A stretch of DNA of 64,000 nucleotides. Source: a virus (lineage: Duplodnaviria > Caudoviricetes). Below, in pieces: positions 21,301 to 31,900 of the stretch. Position 1 is the first letter of the stretch; each line of letters starts with the position of its first letter. The stretch lies in IMG/VR virus record IMGVR_UViG_3300017784_005363, positions 21,419-85,418 of that record; one strand, 5' to 3'. A program made the position numbers and the translations under genes. The notes beneath the pieces were generated by a model that saw only the letters and a list, made by a program, of their open reading frames with translations, did no database searches and was not told the origin of the DNA.

Positions 21301-24300
21301 AGTTAGTATGGCATTTGTATTGTATCATAAAAACAGTGATGGAAGTTATAGTATGGAAACTTATGATGCCAATACTAAAAATCCTTTATTTGTTAAAAGA
21401 GCTAAATGGCAAGAAAATTTTAAAAACTCTTCTATTGTAACAAAATTTGAAGAAGGTTTTTACAAAATCAATGAAGAAGAATATAATAAATTAAATGAAT
21501 TATACAATGATATAATTGCAAATGAAAATATTTCAGATGTTAAAGCATATCTTGAAGCTGTTGGTGTTAAATTAAATAGTAAAATTTATGAAATATTAGA
21601 AGATAAAAATCATTCATCTAATAGTAGTTTAAATACTTTAGTTCTTTCTACTACAGGTATTATTAAAAACATAAATGATAATCTTAAAACTGCTTTTGAA
21701 AGTAAAAAAGTATTAGCATTTAGTAATAATGTAATTACTGATAGAAAATTACAACAACAATTCAATGTATTAACATTTAATAATTCAAGATTAAATGATT
21801 TAATTCATGCTGACAATAATGTATCATTCATTTCTATGAACATGATGTATATTGGTGGTAAGATGATTAATGTATATGAGCAACCTAAAAGAATTAGTAA
21901 CATCCTTAAAAAATTAAAGAATGATACTAACTTTAGAAATCAATTAAAAAGCTCTCAAATCTCATCTGATAACTTCTTATTGAACTTATTGGAAGATGAT
22001 GAAAAATTAAATGAGTATATTGATGTTGTAATGGTATCTTTAGAATCTTTAAAAGAAAGAGGTTCTGCTTCAAGTGATAAAATGTCTGTAACAAACTTAT
22101 CTAACAAAGATGCTTTTGTAACATTGTTTAATTTATTTGCTAGTAGTGAAGGTGCTTATGCAAATGAGGAAATGAAAGAAAAAGGAATTAAGTTGAGAAA
22201 AGGTATGGTTAATTTCCCTACACTTTCAGATTCATCTCAATTACCTTTATTCAAAACTATTTTAGTTGATGTACAGAAAGAAAATGTATTAGGTAATACT
22301 TTATCTGAAGATATGTCTGATGTATTAATCAATCAATTATTAAAAGGTGATTTAAAAAGAATTGGTGCTTTCATTTCTTCTGGTGTTTCAACAAACATTA
22401 AAGGTCATGATGCAGGTGCATTATTTATAACAAGTATGTCTTCTTTAAATTCATTAGCTGTTGATTTCGTTTATGAAAGTAATGGTAAAGAAGTTAAAAC
22501 TAAAAGAACTTTAGTTGAAGTATTTAGAAATAATCCTGAGTATCATACTGAAGAAGGTGTACAAAGATTTATTGATGATTACAAATCAGATATAGTTGAA
22601 GAAATTAATAGAAATGTTAACTATGAAGTAAATCAATATATTAGTGAAGATGGTTTAACTGGCTTATTTAAAGACAATGAAATATTTGCTGGAGATAAAT
22701 TATTGTTTATTGATAAAAAATATCTTGATGGAAAAGGTGAAATGACTCCTTTAGAACAAGCTAGATTAGTTGCTTATGATTATGTTATTAACAATTTAAT
22801 TCAACAAAAAGAAATTCAAACAACTTTTGCTGGAGATATTGCTAATTACTTTAAAGATAATATGGCAAAAGATTTAATTAATGGACACTCAGTTACTAAT
22901 ACTCAAGATATTATAAATTTCTATTATCCTGGTATGGACCAACAAATTAAGGATTTAGTAGCAGATAAAAACTATCAATTGTTATTTGAAAGATTTCCTA
23001 AATTAAAATTTAGTAATGAATACATTTCATCTGACATTTCACATGAAGAGCAGTATCAAGAATTTATTCCTGTGATTCAAATGAAAACTAAAAAGATGTT
23101 TGAAGATGTGCAAAATAACTTATCTAAAAGATTGAAAGCTTTAATCTCTCCAGGAAATCAATTTCCAAATAGTAGAGGTAATAAGGTTTACAAACAAATT
23201 ATGACACAAGATGTTGAAAATTCATCTGAAGTGTTAGAAAATTTAGTTGAGTTATATCACCCAGAATTATACAGTGAAGTAGTAAATGATTTAAGAGAAT
23301 TTAAAGTCTTAGATAACATTTATGAAAATAATAGAACAGAACAAGAAGGTAAAAGACATAAAGCTTTGTATAATGACTTGACAGGTAAGTTACCTATGAT
23401 TAGTGGTTTCTTTAAGACTGCATCTACAGATGCTCAGGAATATACTTCATGGACTGACAACCTTAATCAATTATTAGAACAAGGTAGAATAACAACTAAT
23501 GAATATAATAACTTAAAAGACAAATTAACTAAACAAGAAAAAGATTTAGATACAACTGGTACTATCAAAGAAGAAAATAAATTAACTAAAGAGGAAAGAA
23601 AACTTGCAATGATGCAACCTACAAAACCTTTATACTCTGGATTACATTTTGAAAATCATAATGGTTATCAATTACAAAGAGATATTTATGTTAAGTCTTC
23701 TTCATTTGCTATCACACCAGAATTAGCATCAATGTTTCCTAAGTTTAACAGTTTAAGAAAAGTAATTAATGCTTTAGAAAATGGTTCAGAGAATACAGTA
23801 GTTAGAATTTCTTATGACTCAGCTAATAAAGTTGGAGCTGTTAAGAATGCAATACCTATGTCTGAATTGTACAGAGAAGATTTTGATTTAAATAGAATCA
23901 ATTCTTCTATAGTAGAGTTAGACAGAGAAAACTTTTATATTCAACAAGATAAACCTTTCAAGTCAGATAAAAATGCTGAAAAAGGATTAGTTGATACTGT
24001 AACAAGAGCTACTCAGTTTGAAAAAATATTATTAGGTGATGGAATTAATCAAATTAAAAACCATGTATTCCCTAATATGTTTGATGCTGAATTAATTTCT
24101 GAGTTAAGTATTGAAGTGGTTGATGGTAAAGTTAATGGACCAGCTTTAAAATTATTATATAATGAAATTTATAAAAAAGAACAAAAGTTATTCAAAGAAA
24201 ACTTATTTAGAAAATTAGGAATTACTGACTATTCAGATTTAATGAATGGTAATGTAGCTTCAATGGAAAAATTAGCTGAATTGTTATCTAAAAGATTAAC

Positions 24301-27300
24301 TAATAAACAAGATAAAAAAGGTTTAGAATTAACTTATCATGTAAAAGGTTATAATCAAACTTTCTCTAAAAAAGAAATCATTGATAAAAACTTAATACCT
24401 GAAAAAGCTGAATTTAAAATTCCTATTTTCATGACACCTAACTCAAGAAAATTTGAGTCTGTGTTGAATAGTGTTGTTAATAAGAACAGCATCAATTTAT
24501 CACTTCCTGGTTTCTCATCTCCTGTTGCATCTCAAGAGGGATTTGATTTCAAAGGATATGAAGGGGCTAGTTCATTAGAAGATTTAAAAGCTAAAGGTTT
24601 AGTTACAACTAAAAACTTTGATGCTAAAAAAGGACTACAGGCAACTAGAAATGAAGATGGAAGTTTAAAATATGCTCAAGTATTTATTGCTAATAAATAT
24701 AAAGTGTTTGATGAAACCACTGGACAATACAATTATATTGACTTGAAAGAGTTTATTGATGAAAATGGTCAGATAGATTCAACTAAATTACCAGAAGAAT
24801 TATTAAGTATGTTCTCATTTAGAATCCCAACTTCATCTCACCAATCAGGTGTAATGATTGAAGTAGCAGGTTTCTTACCACATACTGTTGGAGATTTAAT
24901 GATTGTACCAAAAGACCATACTGTCCAACTTGGAGAGGATTATGATATTGATACAAGATATGTTTACAATTATAATTATAAGCAAGATGCTAATGGTAAC
25001 TTAAAGAAATTGGAATATGCTGATTTAAATACACTTGGAGAAGATTTAGAAAGTGTTAAGCAAGAATATGAAGCATATAAAAAAGAATTATTTGATGAGT
25101 ACTTTAAAACAAATGTTAATACAAATAAACCATTAGGTAAAAATACATTTGTAAATAATACTTATTGGAATTCAAATAGAGAAACTTTATTAGAAATTGC
25201 AATACTAGAAGATTCATTAGAAAATTATAATGAAGATAAAGTATTACATGCAATATTCCAGGACCAATATGACTTTGCTCCAGTTGCATCTAAAGAAGAA
25301 ATGAAAGATAAAATTGATGAGCTTAAAGCAAAATTACTTCCTAGTGATTTAGTTAAGTCTAAAGCTACTGAAATGAAAAAAGAATATAATAGTATTTTAA
25401 AAGATTTGAAAGATGCTTATAAAAATGAAGCTAAACAATTAAGAAAGTCACACTACAAATATGCAAACTCTGTTAGAGGTAAAAAAGATGTAGAAAAAGT
25501 GTTACAAAACAATTTAGTTTCATTATATAAAGCTGTTTTTTCAGCTGAAGATAAAGAAGTTCAATCATTGATTAACAAAACTTTATCAACTGATTTTGCT
25601 GAAAATACAGCTAAAGAAATGGATAAAAAATTAAATACTAATACAAATAATATTTACAACATTTATTCACCTTTAACTCAAAGTAAAATTATGGCATTGG
25701 GTGCTGATGGTAAAATGGGTATTGGAGTTCACTCTAATGCAGTAACTATGAACTCATTATTACAACAAACTAATGCTGATATTAAATTTGTTAAGAACTA
25801 TAATCAAGATACTGGAGCACCAGAATTCTATAAAATGTTATTTGGAGATTTAGTGTTTGATGGTACTTTAGGTAAAGTGACTAATAGAAACTTTAGAATT
25901 TCAGAAAGTGGAATGGAGTCTCAAAACTCTGCTACAGATAATCAAAAATTACAGATTATGGGTAGAAGAAATGAGAATGCTGAAACTATTAATGTGTTCA
26001 CAATCTTACAGGCAACTGGATTAGATAATGATGGATTAAAGATTAAAGGACAGGAGATGTCTTATGCTTCTTTATTTATTAATCAACCTATATTAAGAGA
26101 GTACACTACTTTAGTTAAAAAGTATAAATCATCTACTAATGATAAAAAAGGGAATCCTGAAAAGTTAGCTATAAAAGAATTAACTCAAAAGTATAATGCA
26201 AAAGTTAATAAAGATAATTGGATATTAGATGATAAAAAGAAACCTGTTGTAGGTATCTTTAAACCAGAAGTATTACAAAGATTAGGTAGTAACCTGACAT
26301 CAGAGAAATTATATAATGATTTAATTATGACAGAAGCAGACATTTTGTCACAACTATATGTATTAAAAAGATTTAATGAATTAAAAGAACCTGCAAAAGA
26401 ATACAATAGATTACAAAAATTTGTGAATATTGAAAATGGTGGTTTAGGTATTTCATATTTTGACACAATTGAATTGATGGAAGAAATGATAGATATTGCT
26501 TCTGGTGATATTGCTATTACAAATTCTGCTAATATGATTGGAGATTTAATTTATGTAGAATCTGAAGAAGTTAGAAAAGATAAAGAAGCTAAAGGATATA
26601 TATTTGTTAAAGTTTCTGATGCAGGAAGTTTAGTGATGATTAAACCATCAAACCATTATTCTCATAAAATTGTCAATTCAATTGCTGATGGATATAATTT
26701 ATGGTCATCTATGTTTCCTTATGAATCAAGATTTATTAATGAGCAAATTGGAGAAATTACTGCTATTAGTAGTGTAATTAATGATAATGAAAAGAAAGAA
26801 TTAAAATATAAAGTTATTTCAGAACTTAAAGATTATATTTACTCAAACAGTCCTACTTTGTTCAATAACAATGTATTAGGAAAAAGTAATGAATTGTTCT
26901 TTGATAATAATGAAACTGGAAATACTTCATTGGCAAGTTACTTGTTAGAATTATCTAACAATCCACAATTCAATTATTTATTTAATCTACCATTTTTTAA
27001 AGATTTACAATTTGATATAAATGAAGGAACTTATCCATCAACTGTTAAGTATAATAATAATGATATTTCTAAATTAAGTAATATCAACACTTATAATACA
27101 CTAAACAAATTAGTTAATTCTAATAAAAAGTTATTGGATAAAAATGGAGTAGCTTATACTGAAGCAGATTTAATGAAAGATTTATTGATGTATTCATTAT
27201 TAAGTAATCAAGAGAATGGAGCAATTGGATTTAGACACTTATTACCTATTGAATTATTTGATAAGTATAAAGTAACTGAAAATTTAAGAGGTAAGTCAGA

Positions 27301-28972
27301 TTTTAAAAATCCTAACATACAAAATTTATTGTATAATGGTTTAAGTAAATCTGTTGAATCTTTATTAGGTAATCAAATTGATAACACTGGTGTTGTAAGT
27401 AATATTAACAATGTACCTGTTTCAGAAATTTACACATTAGTAAGTTACATTAACAGACAATTAAACTTTGATAATAAGACTACAGATAACACTTATGTTA
27501 AAGTAGTTGATGATAAAGGAACTGTAGTATTTAATAACTACTCTGGTGAATACCAAAACAGTAATTTTGTTAGACAGTTCTTACAACATAATCCAGAATT
27601 ATCAAATGAAATTCCATTTGTTGTAAATAATTTAGATGAACCAAATGCAAAAATGTCTGAATTTCAAACATTATTGAGAAGTAACAGTATATTATTAGAA
27701 GATTTTGATAAAGGATTAATGACTTCTTTCTATAAAAATCCATATTATTATGCAGTTAAATACAAAAATGATAAAATTGTTTCTAAAAGAAAAATTAAAA
27801 GTATTGGAGATTTAAATATTAATGAATCATTATTAGAAGACAGTCCTAAATTTATTTCATTAAGAGATAAAAATGGAAATGTTAAATTATATGAATTAAA
27901 AGAAGAAAACTATTATGAGCAAATTACAACATTAGGTACATTTGGGTTTAATGAATACCAAGCTGGTAGAGTAATTAATAGGTCTTTAGTTGATAAGAAT
28001 AATGTTAAAAAGTTTTTAGTTACTAAAATTGTTCCTACTGAAACAGCTGAGTTTATTAATGCAAATGATATTATGACTGTTATTGAAGAAACTTTCAAGG
28101 ATAAAAATCATCCTTATAAAGCACTTTTAGATATGTTCTTACCATTAGTAGATATATCAAAAGTAGAAATTGAAGTTGTTCCTACATTACCTGGAAAGGC
28201 AGTGTACTATAATAATAAAATTAGTGTGAGTCAAGCTTATTTAGATACTTTACCAACTAATAAAGATTTAAGTGATACTTTAATAGAAGAAATTTTACAC
28301 AGTATTACAGTTAAAGCAGTTGGTAGATATGTAGATATTAGTGATATTGATGATTCTGGTAAAATTGTTTACAAATTAAAAGAAGGAATGACAATTCCAG
28401 CTTCATTGAGAACAATGTTAACTATATACCAGAAAGGTATTGATGTTATTAAGAATGAACAAGGATTAGAAACATTATTATCTAGTGTTAGAAAATTTAG
28501 AGGTATATCAAATGCTAATAATTCTGAACAAGGTTCATTAGTAACTAATAGTGCTCAAGAGTATGATGCATATAGAGTTATGGATATTCATGAATTTATA
28601 GCTGGTATATTCAGAAAAGATAGTAACTTTGCAACTAAGATGGCAAAAACTTCTTATTTGGAATCTGGGTTAAGTATATTGAAAAAATATGCTGAAACAC
28701 TTGTAAGATTACTTTATAATATAGTACCTTCAAAAAGATTAGATAGCATCTCAGCTAATATGGCTTTGAATTTATATGATTTCTTAGTAGAAGATAAAAA
28801 CTATTTAGAAGAAAGATACCAAGCTAGTGCTTATAATAATGAAGCAAATGATGCTATTCTTGCAGAAGCTCAAAAACTTTTATTAGATATGGAAGCATCT
28901 GAAAACATTGGAGATACTGGAAATAATTCTCCAATAGAAAATGTAATAAACACAATAAAAACTAAATGTTAA
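15332..28972 (+). CDS. Giant virion-associated two-barrel RNA polymerase polyprotein (phi14:2 gp66-like)
   Basis: FRIPTSSHQS followed by GEDYDIDTRY (DxDxD at nt 24938-24952, residues 3203-3207); C-terminal zincin-like EEILH...HEFIAG; a single Cys. Confidence 0.85.
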   Translation: MGKKVFEDGNGYDPMKNKYIVSNNPLKQAKFVREHNEAEHKRVSTGIVLQKKKEKEGKLSTVDELILQETIGQEIAEAEAENQLRKVIEKEAKEAEYAPADEVEKEFKSSVEESQYNSFKDIQKRYDELSAKTYSGVQQKLFKKGQEQNMKPEVDDNWLESAGKNVSNTLFSALDIVGSHIGAAGSQFSDKNKFTEKEEQEYEVLKKQIAQVRNPILTKQKTALEEKKKQLESKLGTVKGIGQLSPFMNDKKSTQMAIVAYEDAIELYQDAIDNGGFISGLNNDLTGSLTLNISSIEETRRAKELTEKKLNGEELNEIENDFMESYEILGKAKQSSLNKNMSYKLGEGIKETGKFIGEIIVTNKIIGNVIPKLNVQPGMNAATVVKQPIGAAISPSTLIKTDEKYIQKYYENESNLKTINNSIKVLDSKVNNLLSKESLSKDEEVELSKLKIKKELFQEQKDELVSYSDSFVYGMSENLKERYSEIFVGGAVDKVGKSFLPALGSALNKSKVGSALVKTSTKVDDVLTKKLRTGRELLDRKLFDNTPGKLSKALVNHTGSAKVMHSLPAEMIEEIAVQLTPTYQEDYQEQFKELGKADFYTMVAAQTLILGGFNGTVGGANHFYNMKTDSNYRDDYNANQKNKKQLKEVYNRIDEATTDEQLAQDVAMSTMGTIFQINDYNGRIAELRNPKVDHKDGLTAEERIKKADMMERNSFYNLGVQSIETGTSTEFKKSLSMLSRNEKVSEETRANAALGLAKLSQLEDISEKHKNKVNYSSVMDLSIRENLNNETINDLDTKIQAVKKVADLEVQKFNKQNDLNEYFNLDKLLLKIESEEEQGEYNNYLAQLRKEDIPEVNQYLDLLLNKELLEKENNEVSKKLRYETNPNNAEAIRTREYDKVKKQLTSNVNVNNVDDVKAELTEKEIATPEVVQEINNKAIEDSNKAPEVSKEATVREFDTQITSEQIKEALPFDDLFGPQETIINKIAPVEDTPEQKAIRKDKLNKFTLEAARKKELEDNDVVDIIKLGEELPTEEEAARRAKLQKTINDKYDALIKAKEEETTGSQAAKEAHVFNQGSLFSPIEYDANNDEHVEKVKKFEKGFAQLISNNPGLTFQGLMGNVIRDAGELRVSNNFEIMAKAWNNVSAEKISPTEKDSFYERNFGSKDAASVLFGTEVQTQVSKPVTESVAVEQSVTPEVTALSLVTGQPVKLYKGRKFAEVGLKAGFLGLNYVENDTEKVTVDTSVNANALPFIDYRNFQVGDEVELTFNYEYLLNPENKVSKWENVNDVPTKTSITVGQLLEDLFPGKSYAELTQILRTNPETLLSNEEFLKAVPVGIKNNGLSDNGQDIITGGLNDYYWFNVSNVALKENAEGEKLIGEQRERIENNRKLNLETRKQILQNGSVTTKVTSRSQGESNKLLMLTNEEKAQGFSEQFQSISDAFKDGTMEEAQKHSALGVIKGKQIVSKGKPGEEKLISVNGKEVNTDQITNWESFTDEIAVREGSKQNVTGKIVMVVQSGIDELGNPTYVLHNVINNHKNKQEQFKVINEIKYKLINYSDILSGKKVGTPTEVEKANKIKTNIKNNFGIDITSKDVLNTILDFYPEQNKDKNGKVTQEFRQDMNPKLADLKRANNIPNLTIFESVAEFESAFLTNNIGTTTYSDILYSNMHTQYIYTGIENKGKKIWTNEVQPVIMFSNEHLDSKVVENITEQKEEQIIAQEVEITNKQIAFKQQLLAEEEDTDVKQELTNEIEELKAKVESIPTVRPTVKKEFDNTDTFQVVEHIVFKALSQLDVTGKITKEQIYKEVSNTFDNLVKELKAKGLEAEANFVLENKAEILGEGYYDNSIKEVIYAVFNLTEDGDVTDLTGENIKSHSKESYENNIADSLSLKVKILLSGIVDTRLDNVNNFAGLQSTMSFNDALDALQQIMSEVNNNTIADVKKAIQAKIELNEKEFEFYNQLLTRLNDIEKIDNSIINEILYSLYQPKVSMAFVLYHKNSDGSYSMETYDANTKNPLFVKRAKWQENFKNSSIVTKFEEGFYKINEEEYNKLNELYNDIIANENISDVKAYLEAVGVKLNSKIYEILEDKNHSSNSSLNTLVLSTTGIIKNINDNLKTAFESKKVLAFSNNVITDRKLQQQFNVLTFNNSRLNDLIHADNNVSFISMNMMYIGGKMINVYEQPKRISNILKKLKNDTNFRNQLKSSQISSDNFLLNLLEDDEKLNEYIDVVMVSLESLKERGSASSDKMSVTNLSNKDAFVTLFNLFASSEGAYANEEMKEKGIKLRKGMVNFPTLSDSSQLPLFKTILVDVQKENVLGNTLSEDMSDVLINQLLKGDLKRIGAFISSGVSTNIKGHDAGALFITSMSSLNSLAVDFVYESNGKEVKTKRTLVEVFRNNPEYHTEEGVQRFIDDYKSDIVEEINRNVNYEVNQYISEDGLTGLFKDNEIFAGDKLLFIDKKYLDGKGEMTPLEQARLVAYDYVINNLIQQKEIQTTFAGDIANYFKDNMAKDLINGHSVTNTQDIINFYYPGMDQQIKDLVADKNYQLLFERFPKLKFSNEYISSDISHEEQYQEFIPVIQMKTKKMFEDVQNNLSKRLKALISPGNQFPNSRGNKVYKQIMTQDVENSSEVLENLVELYHPELYSEVVNDLREFKVLDNIYENNRTEQEGKRHKALYNDLTGKLPMISGFFKTASTDAQEYTSWTDNLNQLLEQGRITTNEYNNLKDKLTKQEKDLDTTGTIKEENKLTKEERKLAMMQPTKPLYSGLHFENHNGYQLQRDIYVKSSSFAITPELASMFPKFNSLRKVINALENGSENTVVRISYDSANKVGAVKNAIPMSELYREDFDLNRINSSIVELDRENFYIQQDKPFKSDKNAEKGLVDTVTRATQFEKILLGDGINQIKNHVFPNMFDAELISELSIEVVDGKVNGPALKLLYNEIYKKEQKLFKENLFRKLGITDYSDLMNGNVASMEKLAELLSKRLTNKQDKKGLELTYHVKGYNQTFSKKEIIDKNLIPEKAEFKIPIFMTPNSRKFESVLNSVVNKNSINLSLPGFSSPVASQEGFDFKGYEGASSLEDLKAKGLVTTKNFDAKKGLQATRNEDGSLKYAQVFIANKYKVFDETTGQYNYIDLKEFIDENGQIDSTKLPEELLSMFSFRIPTSSHQSGVMIEVAGFLPHTVGDLMIVPKDHTVQLGEDYDIDTRYVYNYNYKQDANGNLKKLEYADLNTLGEDLESVKQEYEAYKKELFDEYFKTNVNTNKPLGKNTFVNNTYWNSNRETLLEIAILEDSLENYNEDKVLHAIFQDQYDFAPVASKEEMKDKIDELKAKLLPSDLVKSKATEMKKEYNSILKDLKDAYKNEAKQLRKSHYKYANSVRGKKDVEKVLQNNLVSLYKAVFSAEDKEVQSLINKTLSTDFAENTAKEMDKKLNTNTNNIYNIYSPLTQSKIMALGADGKMGIGVHSNAVTMNSLLQQTNADIKFVKNYNQDTGAPEFYKMLFGDLVFDGTLGKVTNRNFRISESGMESQNSATDNQKLQIMGRRNENAETINVFTILQATGLDNDGLKIKGQEMSYASLFINQPILREYTTLVKKYKSSTNDKKGNPEKLAIKELTQKYNAKVNKDNWILDDKKKPVVGIFKPEVLQRLGSNLTSEKLYNDLIMTEADILSQLYVLKRFNELKEPAKEYNRLQKFVNIENGGLGISYFDTIELMEEMIDIASGDIAITNSANMIGDLIYVESEEVRKDKEAKGYIFVKVSDAGSLVMIKPSNHYSHKIVNSIADGYNLWSSMFPYESRFINEQIGEITAISSVINDNEKKELKYKVISELKDYIYSNSPTLFNNNVLGKSNELFFDNNETGNTSLASYLLELSNNPQFNYLFNLPFFKDLQFDINEGTYPSTVKYNNNDISKLSNINTYNTLNKLVNSNKKLLDKNGVAYTEADLMKDLLMYSLLSNQENGAIGFRHLLPIELFDKYKVTENLRGKSDFKNPNIQNLLYNGLSKSVESLLGNQIDNTGVVSNINNVPVSEIYTLVSYINRQLNFDNKTTDNTYVKVVDDKGTVVFNNYSGEYQNSNFVRQFLQHNPELSNEIPFVVNNLDEPNAKMSEFQTLLRSNSILLEDFDKGLMTSFYKNPYYYAVKYKNDKIVSKRKIKSIGDLNINESLLEDSPKFISLRDKNGNVKLYELKEENYYEQITTLGTFGFNEYQAGRVINRSLVDKNNVKKFLVTKIVPTETAEFINANDIMTVIEETFKDKNHPYKALLDMFLPLVDISKVEIEVVPTLPGKAVYYNNKISVSQAYLDTLPTNKDLSDTLIEEILHSITVKAVGRYVDISDIDDSGKIVYKLKEGMTIPASLRTMLTIYQKGIDVIKNEQGLETLLSSVRKFRGISNANNSEQGSLVTNSAQEYDAYRVMDIHEFIAGIFRKDSNFATKMAKTSYLESGLSILKKYAETLVRLLYNIVPSKRLDSISANMALNLYDFLVEDKNYLEERYQASAYNNEANDAILAEAQKLLLDMEASENIGDTGNNSPIENVINTIKTKC

Positions 28973-28976
28973 TAAT

Positions 28977-31900
28977 ATGAGTTGTACATTAAAAGAACAA
29001 TTTAAACAAGAATTCGGGATTGACCTTCAAAATGGAAGGTTAATTCCTGAATTAATGAAAGTAAGAGTTTCAAGTTGGATACATAATAATGCATCTGTAA
29101 TGAAAGAAATGTCATTTAATGATGAGGTTTTAGGTATTGAATATAGAAAGAGTAATTCTGACCATGGAGGTACAGATTACTTTATTAAATATGATGAGAA
29201 AGCTGAAGAACAATGGGAAGCTTATAAATATCATCAATCATCTCAAGATGCTCTTGAATCAATACAAGAAACACTTAACTTTAATCAATATTATAATTAT
29301 GCTATAAATGAAAACCATGAAGATGATAATGTTCAAGGTGATTATTTATTTGAAGATATTGATGTTGTAGATAACCCAGTTAATTTTATTGAATGGAAAA
29401 ACAATAGAAAAGCTTTAAAAGAAAAGTTGGAGAGACAAGCTATTCAATATAGAAAACATAATAATGACAGAAGAAAATTAAAATTAGTTAATAAGGCAAT
29501 TGCTGAAATTGATAAACAATTAACTAAATTTAATGAGAATGATATGTTTATTGTTCATGAAACTTTAATGCAGGAAATTAATGTGTTAGATAAATTATTA
29601 AAAGATATTACAACAAATGTTATTGATGCAGCTATTATACTTGAATCAAATAGAGTAAAAGAAAGAATTAATGAACTTTCTATATATTTTAATGGAATTG
29701 ATTTAATTAATATTAATAGCCCTGTAAATAATTCATTAAGAGAATTATTAGAAAATACTTTTGAAGATGATAAATTATATAAAGTACAAAAAGGTGTATC
29801 AAATTTATATGAAAAATATAATAAAAATTTATTCACTATTATAGAGAGTACTTTTGCTAATGATTCATTAGTAATAGAACATAAAAAGAATATGTCTCCT
29901 GAAGAATTTAAAAATTTTTATACCACATCTATTGAATTAATTAAAAGTAGAGAAGTTTTTATTGGAGAGACTCAAAGAGATGCATCTAAAGTTTTAGGAG
30001 CAGCTTCTGTAGATTCTGTATTAGCTGATTTATTATTTTCTGGTAGAGAGAACTATTATAATCAGGAAGTAGGTCAGACTCAAATTTTGATTCAAAACTT
30101 TACTGATTCATGGAAAAAAATAAAAGATAAAGTTGATGCTAATAAAGATTATATTACAACTCAATTATATCAAAAAGATAAGTTAGGAGTAAGAACTAAT
30201 AAATTAATTAGTCCATTTACAACTGCTTTTTATAAGTTATTGAAAGATGTTAATAGTGCAAAATTTGCTTTCTTTGGAAATAAAAGTCTTCAATCATATA
30301 AGACTTGGATGAATATATTAAAGAATAATGCAGATTTTATACAACCTTATAAATTAAAAGTTTACCAGGAATTGTATAAAGATAATGCTATGTTTAAAAG
30401 TTTCTTTACTTATTCTGACCAGGAAATGTTAGATTATGAAAATGAACTTAAATCAAAATTAGGTGTAGCTTTATATGAAATTGAATTAAATAAACAACAA
30501 GAAATGATTAAGAATTATATAAATGAGCAAGAAAATGGATTATTCTCATCTGCTTCATTTGTATATTCTAAAAATCCATTCAGTTTTATTAATAATTTCT
30601 ATTCTGATAATTTTAATAAGCCAGATAACACAACTTCTGAATATTTAGAACCAGCTTATACTCAAATGATTCCTAAAATGGATAAAACTGATGAGTATAA
30701 TCCTGAAGAATATTACAATACAGAATTAAAAAAAATGGAAAGTGGGGAATTTGGTCAGGAATTGATGGATGTTTATAAACATGCTTATAATTTACTTACT
30801 GAATATATTAATCCTTCCTTACAGGCTGAAGATGTCAATGTGACATCATTAGAATTAATGAATCAAGTGGATATTTTAGATAGAGAAGTAATTAAAAATT
30901 TATCTTTCTTTCAAAAAGTTCCATTACAATTAAAAAATTTATGGAATTCTATACTTGAGAATTATACTACTAATAATGTCCAAGATAAAGAAGATAAAAA
31001 TAAATTAAAAAGTAAATACAGTAGTTATGGTAAAAATAAAACTAAGATATTACAGCAAATTTATAATAATAAATCACAAATAGAATTAATCAATCTTTTA
31101 AGTAAAGAAGGTGTTGATGTAAACTCAAGTGCAGTAGTTAAAGCATCTAAAAGACAATTAGTTAATTCATTAGTTCAATTAGAACTAAATAAATATTCTT
31201 CTACTAACCTATTTAATTCAATCACAGAATCAACTGAGATTGTAAGAAATATGAATGCTAGAAAGAATACTATGAATATGTTTGATTTATTTGAAGACTA
31301 TGTAAAAAATAAAGATAGGCAAAATGATAGGGAATTAAATTATTTAGAAGATTGGAGTAGATTAAATTTACAAAAAGAAAAATATTTAAAAGATAGTCCA
31401 GACCCTAAAATAATGCATGGAAATATAGGTAAAACTTATTTTAGTCTTGATAGAAATATTAAAAGATTATTAGATTTAGAAAAAGATAATTTAAATTATA
31501 ATTACTCTTTTAAATTAGATGATGATAATTATACCACTGAAAATGGTACATTTTATAAAAATGAACAAGAAATTTCTAAAGAAGAAATAGACATAAAATA
31601 TAATGAATACACTCAAGAATTATTAAAGTTACTTGGTGTTGATTTTACAGTAGGTGCAATTGCAAATGGGTTTCTTGCAGGTATTTATAAAAGAGCTATG
31701 AAATCTTTAGGTCCTGGTAGATATTTCTTAAACAGATTTGCAGGTTTAAATCAGAATATGTCAGCAGCTGCTTCAAAAGAATTTGGATTTGATATGAAAA
31801 ACTTATTAATTTCAAGAAGATTTTTAAGAGGTGATATTTTAAGAAAGATGACTCATTGGGATTCTGCAAGAAAATTACTTGGTTTACAAGAAACTAATAG

